A stretch of DNA of 63,106 nt, filler included, from Phoronis australis (lineage: Eukaryota; Animalia; Phoronida), in the NCBI GenBank assembly GCA_002633005.1. It is 5 parts of 5 records of this genome, joined end to end, with 100 filler letters (N's around TTAATTAATTAA, not from the genome) between each part and the next. Parts side by side here need not be neighbours in the genome. Positions count along the whole stretch, not along the records: positions 25,618 to 34,568 come from NMRA01001859.1; positions 34,669 to 63,106 come from NMRA01000010.1; 3 more parts are not named here. The stretch is one strand, 5' to 3'. Under the pieces are notes generated by a model. It ran no database searches. It worked only from the letters and a program-made list of their open reading frames with translations, and had not been told where the DNA came from. This document shows, in pieces, positions 27,187 to 38,200 of this stretch. How positions within the stretch are numbered: position 1 is the stretch's first letter; each line of letters starts with the position of its first letter. The position numbers and the translations under genes are program-made.

Positions 27187-29898
27187 TCACAACCTAATGA
27201 CGTCATGTAGTGACACGAATGCCAGCTAATGAGCCCTGTGAATGCTCTAGTTCACTTCACCGCCGGTAGGCTAAAGCTTGCAAATGACGTAGTCTCCTGC
27301 ACAGACCCTCGACGTCAGCTTGTGAGGCCCGGGAACCAGGTTAGCAAATGACGCCGGGTGTGACAATCGAATCTTTTCGTGTGAATGACTTCTTCCGAAG
27401 GGCTTGATTTCCGTAGTATTTCTTATAAGATAAATTTGTTCACGCGATTGGAATTTCGAAATGTGCTCAGTGTGCATGAGTGTTACGGTTGGGCTACTGG
27501 GCCTAGTACTCGCTAGGTTCCGGCTGGCGTGTCTCGGCTGCCTACCCTCTGACACAGCGCCACCTATACTTTCGTTTAGCTCACGCACAAGCCTACTCCC
27601 TACCTTTAAAGTGTTTCATAATAAGCGCTCACTGATCTATTAAAAGTCCCCCCTTAAATTTTGAGAATTTCCAATATAGCGCCCACAATTCAAGCTAGCG
27701 CCCATCATAGCGCACTCCACAAACGACCGCCTGTTGTTTTTGAAAATTGACACGAGGCTGTCATGTATATGGTGTGTCACTTTCATTTTACACAACTTCA
27801 GTTTTCAAAAACGTCTTTTCACAATATGTAAAAACCAAATCCCTGCTTTGTTTTATACCTCGGAAAGAAAATTAACACTAGTGACATGCGTGTCGTTTTG
27901 TGACTGACCTATTTTTCCCGTACTTGTAAGGTATTGAGGAGCAAACTCGCCATTATCCGAGTTAGTTTGAATTGTTAACGACTTTGATGACAGCCAGTAG
28001 GCCACAGCTAACAAAATCCCGGATACTTTTTCAACAGGTATTTTCTCCCTTTTCACATCGCAAATTCAGCTACTCGAATGCACAAGTCAGTTAGAGAGCA
28101 CTGGCTCAACTTTCACGTAGTCTCCTGCACAGACCCTTGATACAAGTTCTTTCAAACCATGTACTAACTTCAAAATTTGGGGGCTACGGAGAATACGGAA
28201 GACATATTTGCTTATGATCAATTCAAATCCAGGAATTGGTCTAATATTTTTGTGGGCCAAAGATAGCTTCAAGATTCCCAATGTGCAGTATCAAAAATCT
28301 TTTATTAATGGAAGAATTTAATGGAATTCAGACAGGGCTATGGAGAATACACAGTTTTTTTAGGTGAAGGTGATATTATTTGGTTGAGGAATCCAATCAC
28401 CAGGACATCTGGTACAAATATATGGTTTCTAAATCAAATTCTATATACCATCAACCATTAAAAAACACAGCTCAAAACACTAGTTGAAGCATAATACATG
28501 TACAATGAACACACCGGCGTCATCATGTGGTTGATTTAATTGGTGTGTCATTCATACTGTATGAATACAGGACAGCAACGTAAACAAAATTCAGCGACAG
28601 TAGAAAGATGCACACCGACAACGAGCAACCACAATTTTGTGGGATTCACATTTCTCGGACATGAATTTTAGGCACCGATTTGTCTGTATAACAGCTAGAC
28701 CACATTATTTTACACTTCCTCCATCAGACATGTCAATTTGTTTGCGTAAAGCGTTACTGGTACCTCATTGAGAATCGACCAGCAAATCAGAAACGCCGGT
28801 GTAAACGGTATTTCACTCGTTAAATATATTATGTGAGCATATGGACTCGTCTTACTCCTTTTCCCCCTCACGTCGGTCTATTCCATTATTCCTTTGTGTA
28901 GGACTACACGTCGTTTTCAAGTTCTCAGCCTTCGCAGGGGTCTGCTGTTATCACGTGCCTCGAGTTTGGTCAGCTCAGCTCTTATAGGCTGACGATTGTC
29001 ACGTGTCTTTAAGGGCGTTTTTCTTTGTTATTGTAACCTCTCTTTCAGTTCACCTTCTTCCGGTCACATTGTCGTACGTCAAAACTCATTCAATTTTCCC
29101 GCCCTCTTCCTCCCAGTTTTCGTCCTTCTCTCGTACTTCCACGTGGCCGGCGCTTTTTATTGCCCATCTTACCCGAGATTACCTATTATACGTTATTTAC
29201 CTGTATTCATTATATTGTAATTGTTTTAGTCATAATAAATAGCCTTATATCGCCTACCTCGGTCTCCTTTTCATCTCTGGCAACGAGCTTGCGACGCACG
29301 TATCATTTATCTTTATTCGGGACATATGTCGATCATAAAAAAATCCCGAGGAAAATTGACCTGCGTGTTGGCTACCACCTAGCGGCACGCAGGGAACCAG
29401 CGAGCCTCTAGTGAACTGAATGCTATATTTACGCGGTTGGGCCAATATTGACAAATGTCGTGACAGCAGGCTTTCTACTATGTTACTTTTACGCAATTTG
29501 GTTAAGAAATGATGACGTTGCACAAGGTTTTGTCTATAGAAAGAGTTAAATTTCCTTCACATGGCTCTCTGCACTTCCACGGGAGTACCCTCCGTGATCT
29601 CAGGCCCGCAATTGGCCTCTACCCGCGTTTTAAAGCTCTTGTTAATACATGCTTTTTACCATTTGAAAATTCTTCCAACATCCCTACTGTAATAATTAGT
29701 GGGTATACCAATTAGTGGCCTGAATCATTATAGTTTCACAGGACGGAACGCAGTGATACTGGTTTCGCTTTCATTTAATGAAGCAGCAATAGAAAGTTAT
29801 ATCGACAATGAACAGCCATGATCAATGATGTTCACTGAGACATGCAATGTTAAATTTTAGTGTTATTCTGTATATGTATCACGGACTACTGTACTCAC

Positions 29899-30106
29899 TG
29901 CATTTATCGCGAAAGGTCACAACTGCAGAGTTTTCGTCTAAGCGTGTGAAGCCATTCGCTGCGACTTCCCCGCCACCACTTTTTGTCTCACTCTGGAAGT
30001 AGATTATTAGCTGTTCTTCAGAAATGTTTCGAATATCGCTGATTAACACAGCATTCGCATACAAATGTTGACCAGTATCTAGGGGTTGCAAGCCTCCAGA
30101 CGACAT
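29899..30106 (-). CDS. First coding exon with a PARP14/PARP10-type RRM-like domain (downstream exons not found; may be decayed)
   Basis: ATG at 30106, donor gtgagt at 29898; AVLISDIRNISEEQLIIYFQSETKSGGGEV...SAVVTFRD matches the L.LYFE..RSGGG.V...A.VTF.D signature. Confidence 0.7.
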
Positions 30107-30165
30107 AGTCGACAACTCCCAATCTACTGCTTCATTACCAAGGATGAAGACCGCAATAAATCGTT

Positions 30166-30235
30166 CGGAAATCCCGTGATCCGTGCTCGCTGATTGGTCC
30201 GTGATAACGAATCTTGGGTATTTCCAGTGACGTCG
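30166..30235 (-). promoter_or_regulatory. Candidate proximal promoter of the RRM gene (kB-like x2, CCAAT, CRE-like)
   Basis: GGGATTTCC (-, 30167-30175), CCAAT (-, 30193-30197), GGGTATTTCC (30216-30225) and TGACGTCG (30228-30235), 60-130 nt upstream of ATG 30106, in CpG-rich sequence. Confidence 0.45.
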
Positions 30236-30541
30236 TGATTTCGACGAAATCGGACAACCGTGGAAATCGACCTGCGTCGATTGTGAAGAAATACATATAC
30301 TGAGTGTGGTAACCACTAACGGATTATATTTGCAGAACAGTTAATTCCCGTGGTCACATTGTATGCAACAGTAACTCACAAAGAGCAACGTTGTTTCCAA
30401 GGTAGGTACTTTCATGTCGTGTTCCTGGATCGTGCTCGATTCACTGTTCGTACTGTAGGCTACGCGTACAGTGGGGCCTATGCGTTCCTCCGCTGCGCAC
30501 TCACTTGGTGTCTTATCTATGGTTGCACCGGATTCCAATGT

Positions 30542-30800
30542 GGAAGTGTGTGGCTCAGTGATTAGAGCTCCGGACTCTCATTTGGGAGACCCGAGTTTGA
30601 ATCCTGGCTTTACTGGCACTAAAATCGAGCATTGCACCAAACTTGTCTCCTCATCGTACTCCGCTCTGAGCTACGTAATGAATGATTGAATGATTGTATG
30701 CAAGGATATGAATGAGAACCACCTGTGTTGCCACGGCGCCAGTATTCAGTGGTCACTGCAACGAAACTGTCTAAAAATAATTGACGCAAGGCATATAATT
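30542..30800 (+). mobile_element. tRNA-derived SINE (degenerate)
   Basis: A-box-like TGGCTCAGTGATTAGAG and B-box-like GAGTTTGAATCC in 30550-30605; no intact cloverleaf; 3' end approximate. Confidence 0.55.
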
Positions 30801-30821
30801 GTCATTCAATATAATCCTATC

Positions 30822-31178
30822 CACGGGTGAGAAACAACTGAACATGACCGCCGGTCCTCTAAATTGTACTAACTCACCCAAAACAGAATCTCCGGGGATC
30901 AAATGCGACCGTCGCACCAGAAAATGGGACTGACGCACCTAAAAACATGACCGCCCCACCAGAAAACGGGACCGCCGGGTATTTGTTTGTCACCGGTTTC
31001 AATCCCCGGCGGTCATGTTCAGTCCCCGGCGATCCTGTTTTCTGGTGGGGCGGTCATGTTTTTAGGTGCGTCAGTCCCATTTACTGGTGCGACGGTCCCA
31101 TTTGATCCCCGGAGGTCCTTTTTTGGGTGAGTCGGTAGGATTTAGGAGGACCGGCAGTCATGTTGTTTCTCACCCGTG
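30822..31178. mobile_element. Foldback MITE with CAC...GTG termini and 5-bp TSD (Transib-like)
   Basis: CTATC|CACGGGTGAGAAACAAC ... GTTGTTTCTCACCCGTG|CTATC; arms of about 155 bp are near-perfect inverted repeats. Confidence 0.85.
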
Positions 31179-32797
31179 CTATCAGGGCGCACAGAACTTA
31201 GTGCATTAGTTTGACATAGTTGTTCCAGCATATCATAACCGTCTTAACCACAGGAATCACTGATGCAGACCGTACTTACCACACAGCGTCAATCCATACA
31301 AACAAGCCTTGAAAAGATAAACTTTGTTACTTTAGCCAACGAGTTCCGAGCGATAGTGTAAAACAAGGCACCCATTCCACGTTCACTGGTGTGTTTTTTT
31401 TTTTTTTTTTAGTTCACAATTCGCTAATGCGTGGTGTTTATTATAGCCCAGTATCATGCAGAAAGGAAAAATACAAAGAAATTGTTATGCTATGTTTGGC
31501 TTAGCTGGACAAGTTTGGGACATGTAAAGAAATGAACGCTGGCTACGGTTTTATGCAGAATACACAAACTAAGTTTCAGAGCTAATTAGTGAGAATATTT
31601 GAAAATGCTGTCTTTCTGAGCGAATCGGAACCCCTTTGTAAAGTGCCCCGCTTTTAGCGAGTTTTCGTCCACCAGACTACATAACAATCATATACCTTGA
31701 TCTTAGTTATGCTGCACAGCGTGCTTGGTTGTCACGCTCTTGCCAGTACACAAATGACTACTCGTTATAGGCCCATCGTATCCCATGAAAATTTTAACGT
31801 TACAGAATTGTTTTTCTGACTTAGAAATAAAGTGAGCACCCATGCTAGTTATACATTTGTATGTACCTTACATTCGGATATCAATGTAGGGCTTTCGCAT
31901 TGTTTTTAGTGAACCGTTGTGAACAAAACTTCATCCAGGCGCCAGTTTCACTGTAATACGGCACAAAGTTGACCACTGTATGCATTGTGCTTGTGATACA
32001 TGTACATCCCCTGCAGGCGTGACGCCTTGGCTATTCATACATTACCGTTTTGAAATATACGTAAACGTGCGAGAAGTACACAGGAAACACTACAGATATC
32101 AGTGTATTAGTTGATTATCCGTGTCAGAATTTTTATTTTCCCGGGATGCCCTTGTGCTCTGCAATTTACCACTTCATATCAATTAATCAGTCTAGCAATT
32201 TTATTTCACAAAAGTCTTAGGCCCGTTGTACAAAAGCAGCATTTAGGGTGCAACAAGTGCTTAGTCACCAAGTTGAAAAACTGAAAAATCATATGCAAAA
32301 ATTAATAACTGGTTCATTATCATTTGTTGGGACCAGCTACTTACGTGTTATGTTCAGTGTATGTCAGTGTTGTAGCGACAATCACTTAATTACTGTTGCA
32401 CTGATTCTCATTAACATAAACTTTAACATATAATTTATGTTCATAGTTTTGCTTGTTTACACGGAGATGCCACGTAGACAGAAGGGTGAATAGTTGGAAG
32501 GATATGAAATGCTTTGAAATTGTTGAAAAATCTTTTATGCAAAACGCTAAACAGCCTCCCCCTTTACCCTGGCCACTGCGCTAATGCGCTAAATCAAGAA
32601 AACAATCAAATCGGATGACAAAATAAAGATTTATCAGCTTAATCATTGGCTGACATAGGGGGCATGCCCCCATGGACACGACACGTAGACTAAAAACGCA
32701 TGTTCATTTCCTTCGATACTTTGTTTCGCCCTCCTTCACGAGATCCTACAGACCCGCCACTGTAAACAAACATGTGTATCTGCGTTTTAAAATTTCA

Positions 32798-33093
32798 TGA
32801 TTGCGAAATCCTATCAGTGTTAACGCGTGATCTATAGGTATTGGAAAAAGATGGTACGATGGTATCAGGGTTTTTTTTTTCACGTCGCAGTTTCATTTTC
32901 GATTTCATGGGATTTGCCCAGTAGCAATATCACCTGGTTCAACAATAACAAGTTGCTAGTCTTTTGTTGTGCCTTACGATTGCGAAATCCTATCAGTGCT
33001 AGCACATGACCGATAGACATTGGAAAAAAGATCGTACGATGTCATCAGGGTTTTTCTCACATCGCAGTTTCAATATCGATTTCGTGCGATTTT
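32798..33093. repeat. Diverged direct repeat (~115-bp core, ~180-bp period)
   Basis: GATTGCGAAATCCTATCAGTG...TGGAAAAA..CGATG..ATCAGGGTTTTT..TCGCAGTTTCA..TCGATTTC at ~32799 and ~32978. Confidence 0.8.
32889..32906. promoter_or_regulatory. ISRE/IRF-like element (triple TTTC at 6-bp spacing)
   Basis: AGTTTCATTTTCGATTTC matches AGTTTCNNTTTCNNTTTC. Confidence 0.35.
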
Positions 33094-34568
33094 CACGCGG
33101 CCCCGCAGTCTTTTGCTGCGTCCGGCTTTGACGATCGTGTTGGTGTCTCACCCTTTCGTCCCCGGATTTGTTATCGGGTAATATAATTTCAGCCTGGAAT
33201 TGCTTGTTTGTTTTGAACATTATTTAGTATTTTTGTTTGACAGCGTGGTGATTTTATCGACTAGCACTTCACATCTTGGGCAGGTGGCAGTGTCTGAAAA
33301 ATGCGGGGGTCTGATCATCGTAATCTTCATATACCATAGTGTTATCGATCATGTCAGGTGGTACAGTAATTAACTATGGCGTCGCAGGAATGGTTTGTAA
33401 CGAAGCCAAATCACTAAAATGGCAAATCTTCATTGTTTTATGGAAAAGGACTTTTCCGTTTCCGACGTAAGCTGACGTAATTAGGCATTGAATTCGTTAT
33501 GGTCGGTATTCAAAGATTACGTTTGTTAGAACACGAATGAAAAAAACCACTGTATTCGCAAAGATAAGACCTAGTGAATTGAACTCCACCTTGTGGTATT
33601 TACTGCTGGCCACTGACGAGGCTACCGTCGTGGAACAATTTCTCAAAACAACTCATCATTGGCCCTGGTGCTCTTCCCGAGGCACATACAAGAAGCTAAT
33701 AGCAACGCAAATACAGTGGCGTTGCGATGGCTTTTTACACCCGGGGTAACAATACCGCCCNCAGATTTGTGTTTAGTCTGTACACCTAACCTGTGAATTT
33801 TCAATGACTATTACGAGACAAGACTTAGTTCTGAATAAGGATCTCTTATAACAATGCTGTGTTCTTGGAAACGTTTAATGTCATGATAAGTACCTCCGAG
33901 GAATCAGCAAAGCAATTACACGAACGACTTCTGAAAAGTTACAATACTGCATGGTGAAGTTTGATCTGTTGCTCATGAAAATTAAGGTTCAAAACTTCAT
34001 GGGTCGTGTCAAGCTTATCGACGTTGTTGTGCAATTCCTAGCAAAGTATGATCTTATGTCACTGTTGACCACAGGCTAGTTGAAATCTTAACTCAAGTTG
34101 CAACAGAGACATGCGCGCACCCAGCCTAAAACTAGCGGGGCTCGAATTTTTGAGAATGTGGACCTTTTACTAAAAATAGATAGAAAAGGGGGGGGGGTAC
34201 GTTCAGAGCTATGAATTGTGTCGTTTTATACTTTTTCGGACCTTTCGTTTGGTCTGAGGCGAACCTTTTTGCCCACGTCACCAAATGGAGGGGGGACTCG
34301 CTCGGCCCCCCCGGGTGCGCGCTCGAGAGATACCATCTCAAAAAAGCCAATGAAACAATGAAGCGCCTTGCACCACTTAAGAATTTGAAGATTAGATTGT
34401 AGCTTCTTCAACAGAATCCATGTAGGATGTCTATTTTTTGTCGGCAGATCTTAGGTGGCGATCATTGGGGGAAGTCAAAACTGGGGGTTTAGTAGTAAGA
34501 CGTCACCTCACGTGAATGATGTAACATATCTTCGTTACCAGTCAACATGTCATAGTTTCTTGTCTGTG

Positions 34569-34668
34569 NNNNNNNNNNNNNNNNNNNNNNNNNNNNNNNN
34601 NNNNNNNNNNNNTTAATTAATTAANNNNNNNNNNNNNNNNNNNNNNNNNNNNNNNNNNNNNNNNNNNN
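34569..34668. other. Assembly gap with artificial TTAATTAATTAA linker (same at 5265-5364, 13617-13716, 25518-25617; plain N gap at 26398-26538)
   Basis: N44-TTAATTAATTAA-N44, identical at four places. Confidence 0.95.
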
Positions 34669-35116
34669 TGCCTCTAGTGGCAATTTTAGTATTTGCCTCT
34701 AGTGGCAATTTTAGTATTTTACATTGACCTCTGTATTTTCATAGGTCTTCAGGTGTATACTTTGTGTTACTTCGTGACTGTGAAGGAAAAGTTCCAAGTA
34801 GAAATTTGTTTCTGGCATTCTGATGCTGTGCTAATCTCGTATGTTGGTAAATTTGTTTTTAATTCTATGTTTCTGTGGTGTTTTAAGCAACTGAGGTATA
34901 GGATGTGCTTGTATTATGAAGATTACTCACATTTTGCCCCTAGCCAATTGAGGAGACAATGACCATGCCTTTCCATTTTGCAAAGTATGCCCTCTACTGG
35001 CCACTTTATGGTACCAATAAACAACCCTAGAAGGATACCGTATGCGGTGCAATTGTGGGCGCATTTCAACGCTCCGCGTTGCTCTTGTAATTCTGTGCAT
35101 CCGCTACTATTTTCAG

Positions 35117-35233
35117 GAACTGATTCAGAACGCTGAGGATGCCAAGGCAAGGACCATTAAGTTTCTGTTTGACAAGTCCACATTCCCAGCTTTTCCAGAA
35201 CAAATGGAACATAAGGATTTGGTGCACTTCCAG
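35117..35233 (+). CDS. SACS: Sacsin-like exon (first found; SRR1 start)
   Basis: tttcag|GAACTGATTCAGAACGCT...TTCCAG|gtacag; [39 protein letters not shown]. Confidence 0.9.
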
Positions 35234-38200
35234 GTACAGTTTAATGGAAATGGCGAAGGATTGGTACGGGCTAATTGTTTAGTCTAGAGACACCTAAAAT
35301 GATCAAGGTGTAATCCGAATGAATATATGAATGATCGCATATAAAGCAAACTGAGACCGTACACATAAAACCGAAGGGTCCGAGCGTTGAGAGGTGTAAG
35401 GTAACGCCTCACAAAAGAAAACTCGACGATAAAAGAATGCAGACATCCTAGTGATACTCACAAAGAAAGGTACAACCGGAAACGGGGGAGGTAAATAACC
35501 ATAGGCGATGTCATTATAAAACAAAATTGGTTAGGAACATGCAAATAAGAATAAAACGCATCATCTATGGTTGTTTTTACCCTCATTCCTGCTTGGTTTT
35601 AGCTCATTGTTTTTCACTCTAGCGTTTTCTCCTGTTAGGCGTTGTAAATTCACAATGCATTCTCATCGTGGTCCTCATGTATAAGAAGTTTATTAGCCAA
35701 ATAATAATAAAAATAAGAAGAAGAATAAGCTCAACAATAAATAGATACCTAAATACATTTTATTTCTATTAAACCCATCTTCCTTCAGCCTGTAGCATTT
35801 TAAAGCCTATATTGAACGGGGACACTTGCAACTTTAGCTCCTACACCGTGTTTTTCATTGCTCTGACCTTCCTAAAATTAGGCCATGAGTGGTAGTCCAC
35901 AGTCCTCATGTTTATTTGTGTACATTTCCATGAAATTTGACTAAGATTTTACTAGTGCTGCAATTTGACATGGATTGTAACATATTTAAAAACAACGAAA
36001 TTTGATGTCTACGAGGGTGTATGATATTACAAAACTGTTTCCGAAATAATCTAAGCTCGCAAGAACAAGAGAGTCGCTGAACAAATTAACTCGATCCTTA
36101 TTCCTGAATATTGTGCCCAAAATTATTTTTGGTACAACTAAAATTAGTGTCGTGGTGGTTCACATTGCTGGGTCGTCATATTAGGACGGTGCTCCACTTT
36201 TTCTGAAAAACTCCGGGACGCCGCGCAATGGTGATCTAGATTATTCCGCTATTTGCTTTCTTGTCTAAGCATAGGGAATTCTGAGCTGCGTTCCGTACAC
36301 CAAGTTTCTTGCGATAAAATGGAGGTCACCCAGGTCTTCACAAAATACTAGAGACTTTCGACTACACGTTAAGCGCGAACGTGCGAAGTCGGCATTCTTT
36401 GCTTACCGGTACTTCGTAATAATTTTGTCCTACATTTTCGCGTTCAGTTTTGTCACGCAAGTGGAAACAACGAGAAGACGCCTGATCTCACGTAAGTGCA
36501 AAAAGTGATTTTAATTAGCGATTCATCATAAAAGATCGTAAGATGTAAGCCACTTTTTAAAGTTTTAGGAAGTTTAGCTATCCAAGAACTGGTGTAGCGT
36601 AGTGCATGTTTCTTGCTCGGTTGATTGTTTGAAATATGACTGATGTTCTGAGGCCCTCTTCGAGTTTCTGATTTTTTTCCCAGAAAAGCCACAGTAATCG
36701 GGGTTGTAATAAGTGGCACGGAAATAATTCATATTTCCTGCCAAAACAACTCAATTTAGGTATTGTTTCTTAAAAGTAAATGAGAGGAATGCTTTGGTTA
36801 TCAATATTCAAAGCAAACAGTAATAACTGAGAGTTTGTAAATTAAACACAAACCTTTTTTCTAAGTGCATTTTTGCCCGAAATCACTGTTGGTATCAAAT
36901 GAGAGATTAGAATTCTGAAATTGGGATGTTGATTGTTTTCACCGAGGGCAGAATATAATGATGTCACCACGGTCGTAGCTTTTACCCCCTCGTCCCGCTG
37001 CCACTACGATTTCACGCATGCATGAATTAAAATATTTATCTTTAGCTACTGGTATTATCATACACCACCAAGAACTGATAAAGTGCTTTCTAATGATATG
37101 GCTCTTATACAACGCGGTTGCTAAACAGCGGAGTTGCGAAAAGTTTTAGAGACAATAAATTCCATAGACAGAAGCAACAACGAAACATGCGAATGCAAAC
37201 AAGTGCCACACTTGTGTGGCGCAACCTTACCAGCGCATTCCCACGTTAGAGCTCCACGTAAAGGGTTAGCGTGATACTGCGCTTACTTGTCAATTATCGG
37301 TAAGCAGTAGCCGGGGTAACGAAGAGAATACGAAGTGCATCGACAAAAACACTTTTGTGAAAAACAAAATAAATTTATTGTTAAATTACCCTTTTAATCA
37401 AACATAAAATCAAATACACTGAAGAATGAGGAAAAGTGTCGAATTTTGTAAAGTTTGCATTAATTAGGTCCAACACATATCCAATACTTTGTACTAGGGT
37501 CCTGCTCTGTACGCCTTCAACGACGCAACATTTAGCGAAGAAGACTGGATGGGTATACGAACCATCTATGACAGCTTCAAGAAAGATGATCCTATCAAAG
37601 TTGGACGATTTGGCCTAGGATTCAAATCTGTGTTCCATATGACAGGTAAATAGTTACGCTATGTTGCGATTTGGCCTAGGCTTCAAATCAGGGTTCCACA
37701 TGACAGGCAAATATAAAGTTATGCTATGTTGCGGTTTTGCCTAGGCTTCAAATCAGTGCTTCATATGACTGGTAAATAGTTACGCTATGTTGCGATGCCT
37801 ATGAAGAGCTTCACATTCAGTATGTTGCCCAATGTCGCGTTTTGTGAGAAACGGGCTCTGAAGGGTAAATTAAAGGGGTTCAAATTTGATTCTCACTTAG
37901 TCCACCATGATTGATGTACTACTCCACCTTCACACCCAAACGGATGTTTCACTCTCGTTTAATTTTCAGGTTAGATTAATGGCATGCATGTTAAGCAGGG
38001 AACGTTTAGCATTTCGAGGGCCATACATAAATAACATCATTACATGAAAAACGACACCCTTCAATATTATTTCCTCGGAGATATGCGAAATAAATCTAAT
38101 TTCAAAATTTCCACAGACTTATCAGCGAATTATTTTTTCACCACAGGTTGTGTTTCTTTGCAGATATGCCGAGCATTTTAAGCGGAAACAAAATAGGGTT

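Noticed and set aside
28150-28230. ILRSPQILK on the - strand as the missing sacsin QILK exon
   Set aside because: Lacks the YP motif and has no phase-0 GT donor after the Lys codon
30542-30610. Possible tRNA gene (also 60110-60188)
   Set aside because: A/B boxes are present but the stems do not pair into a cloverleaf; better explained as SINE heads
31270-31390. ALFYTIARNSLA segment with gtaagt donor as an upstream NRF-6 exon
   Set aside because: In-frame stop before the donor and no W..GLAW..FAC motif
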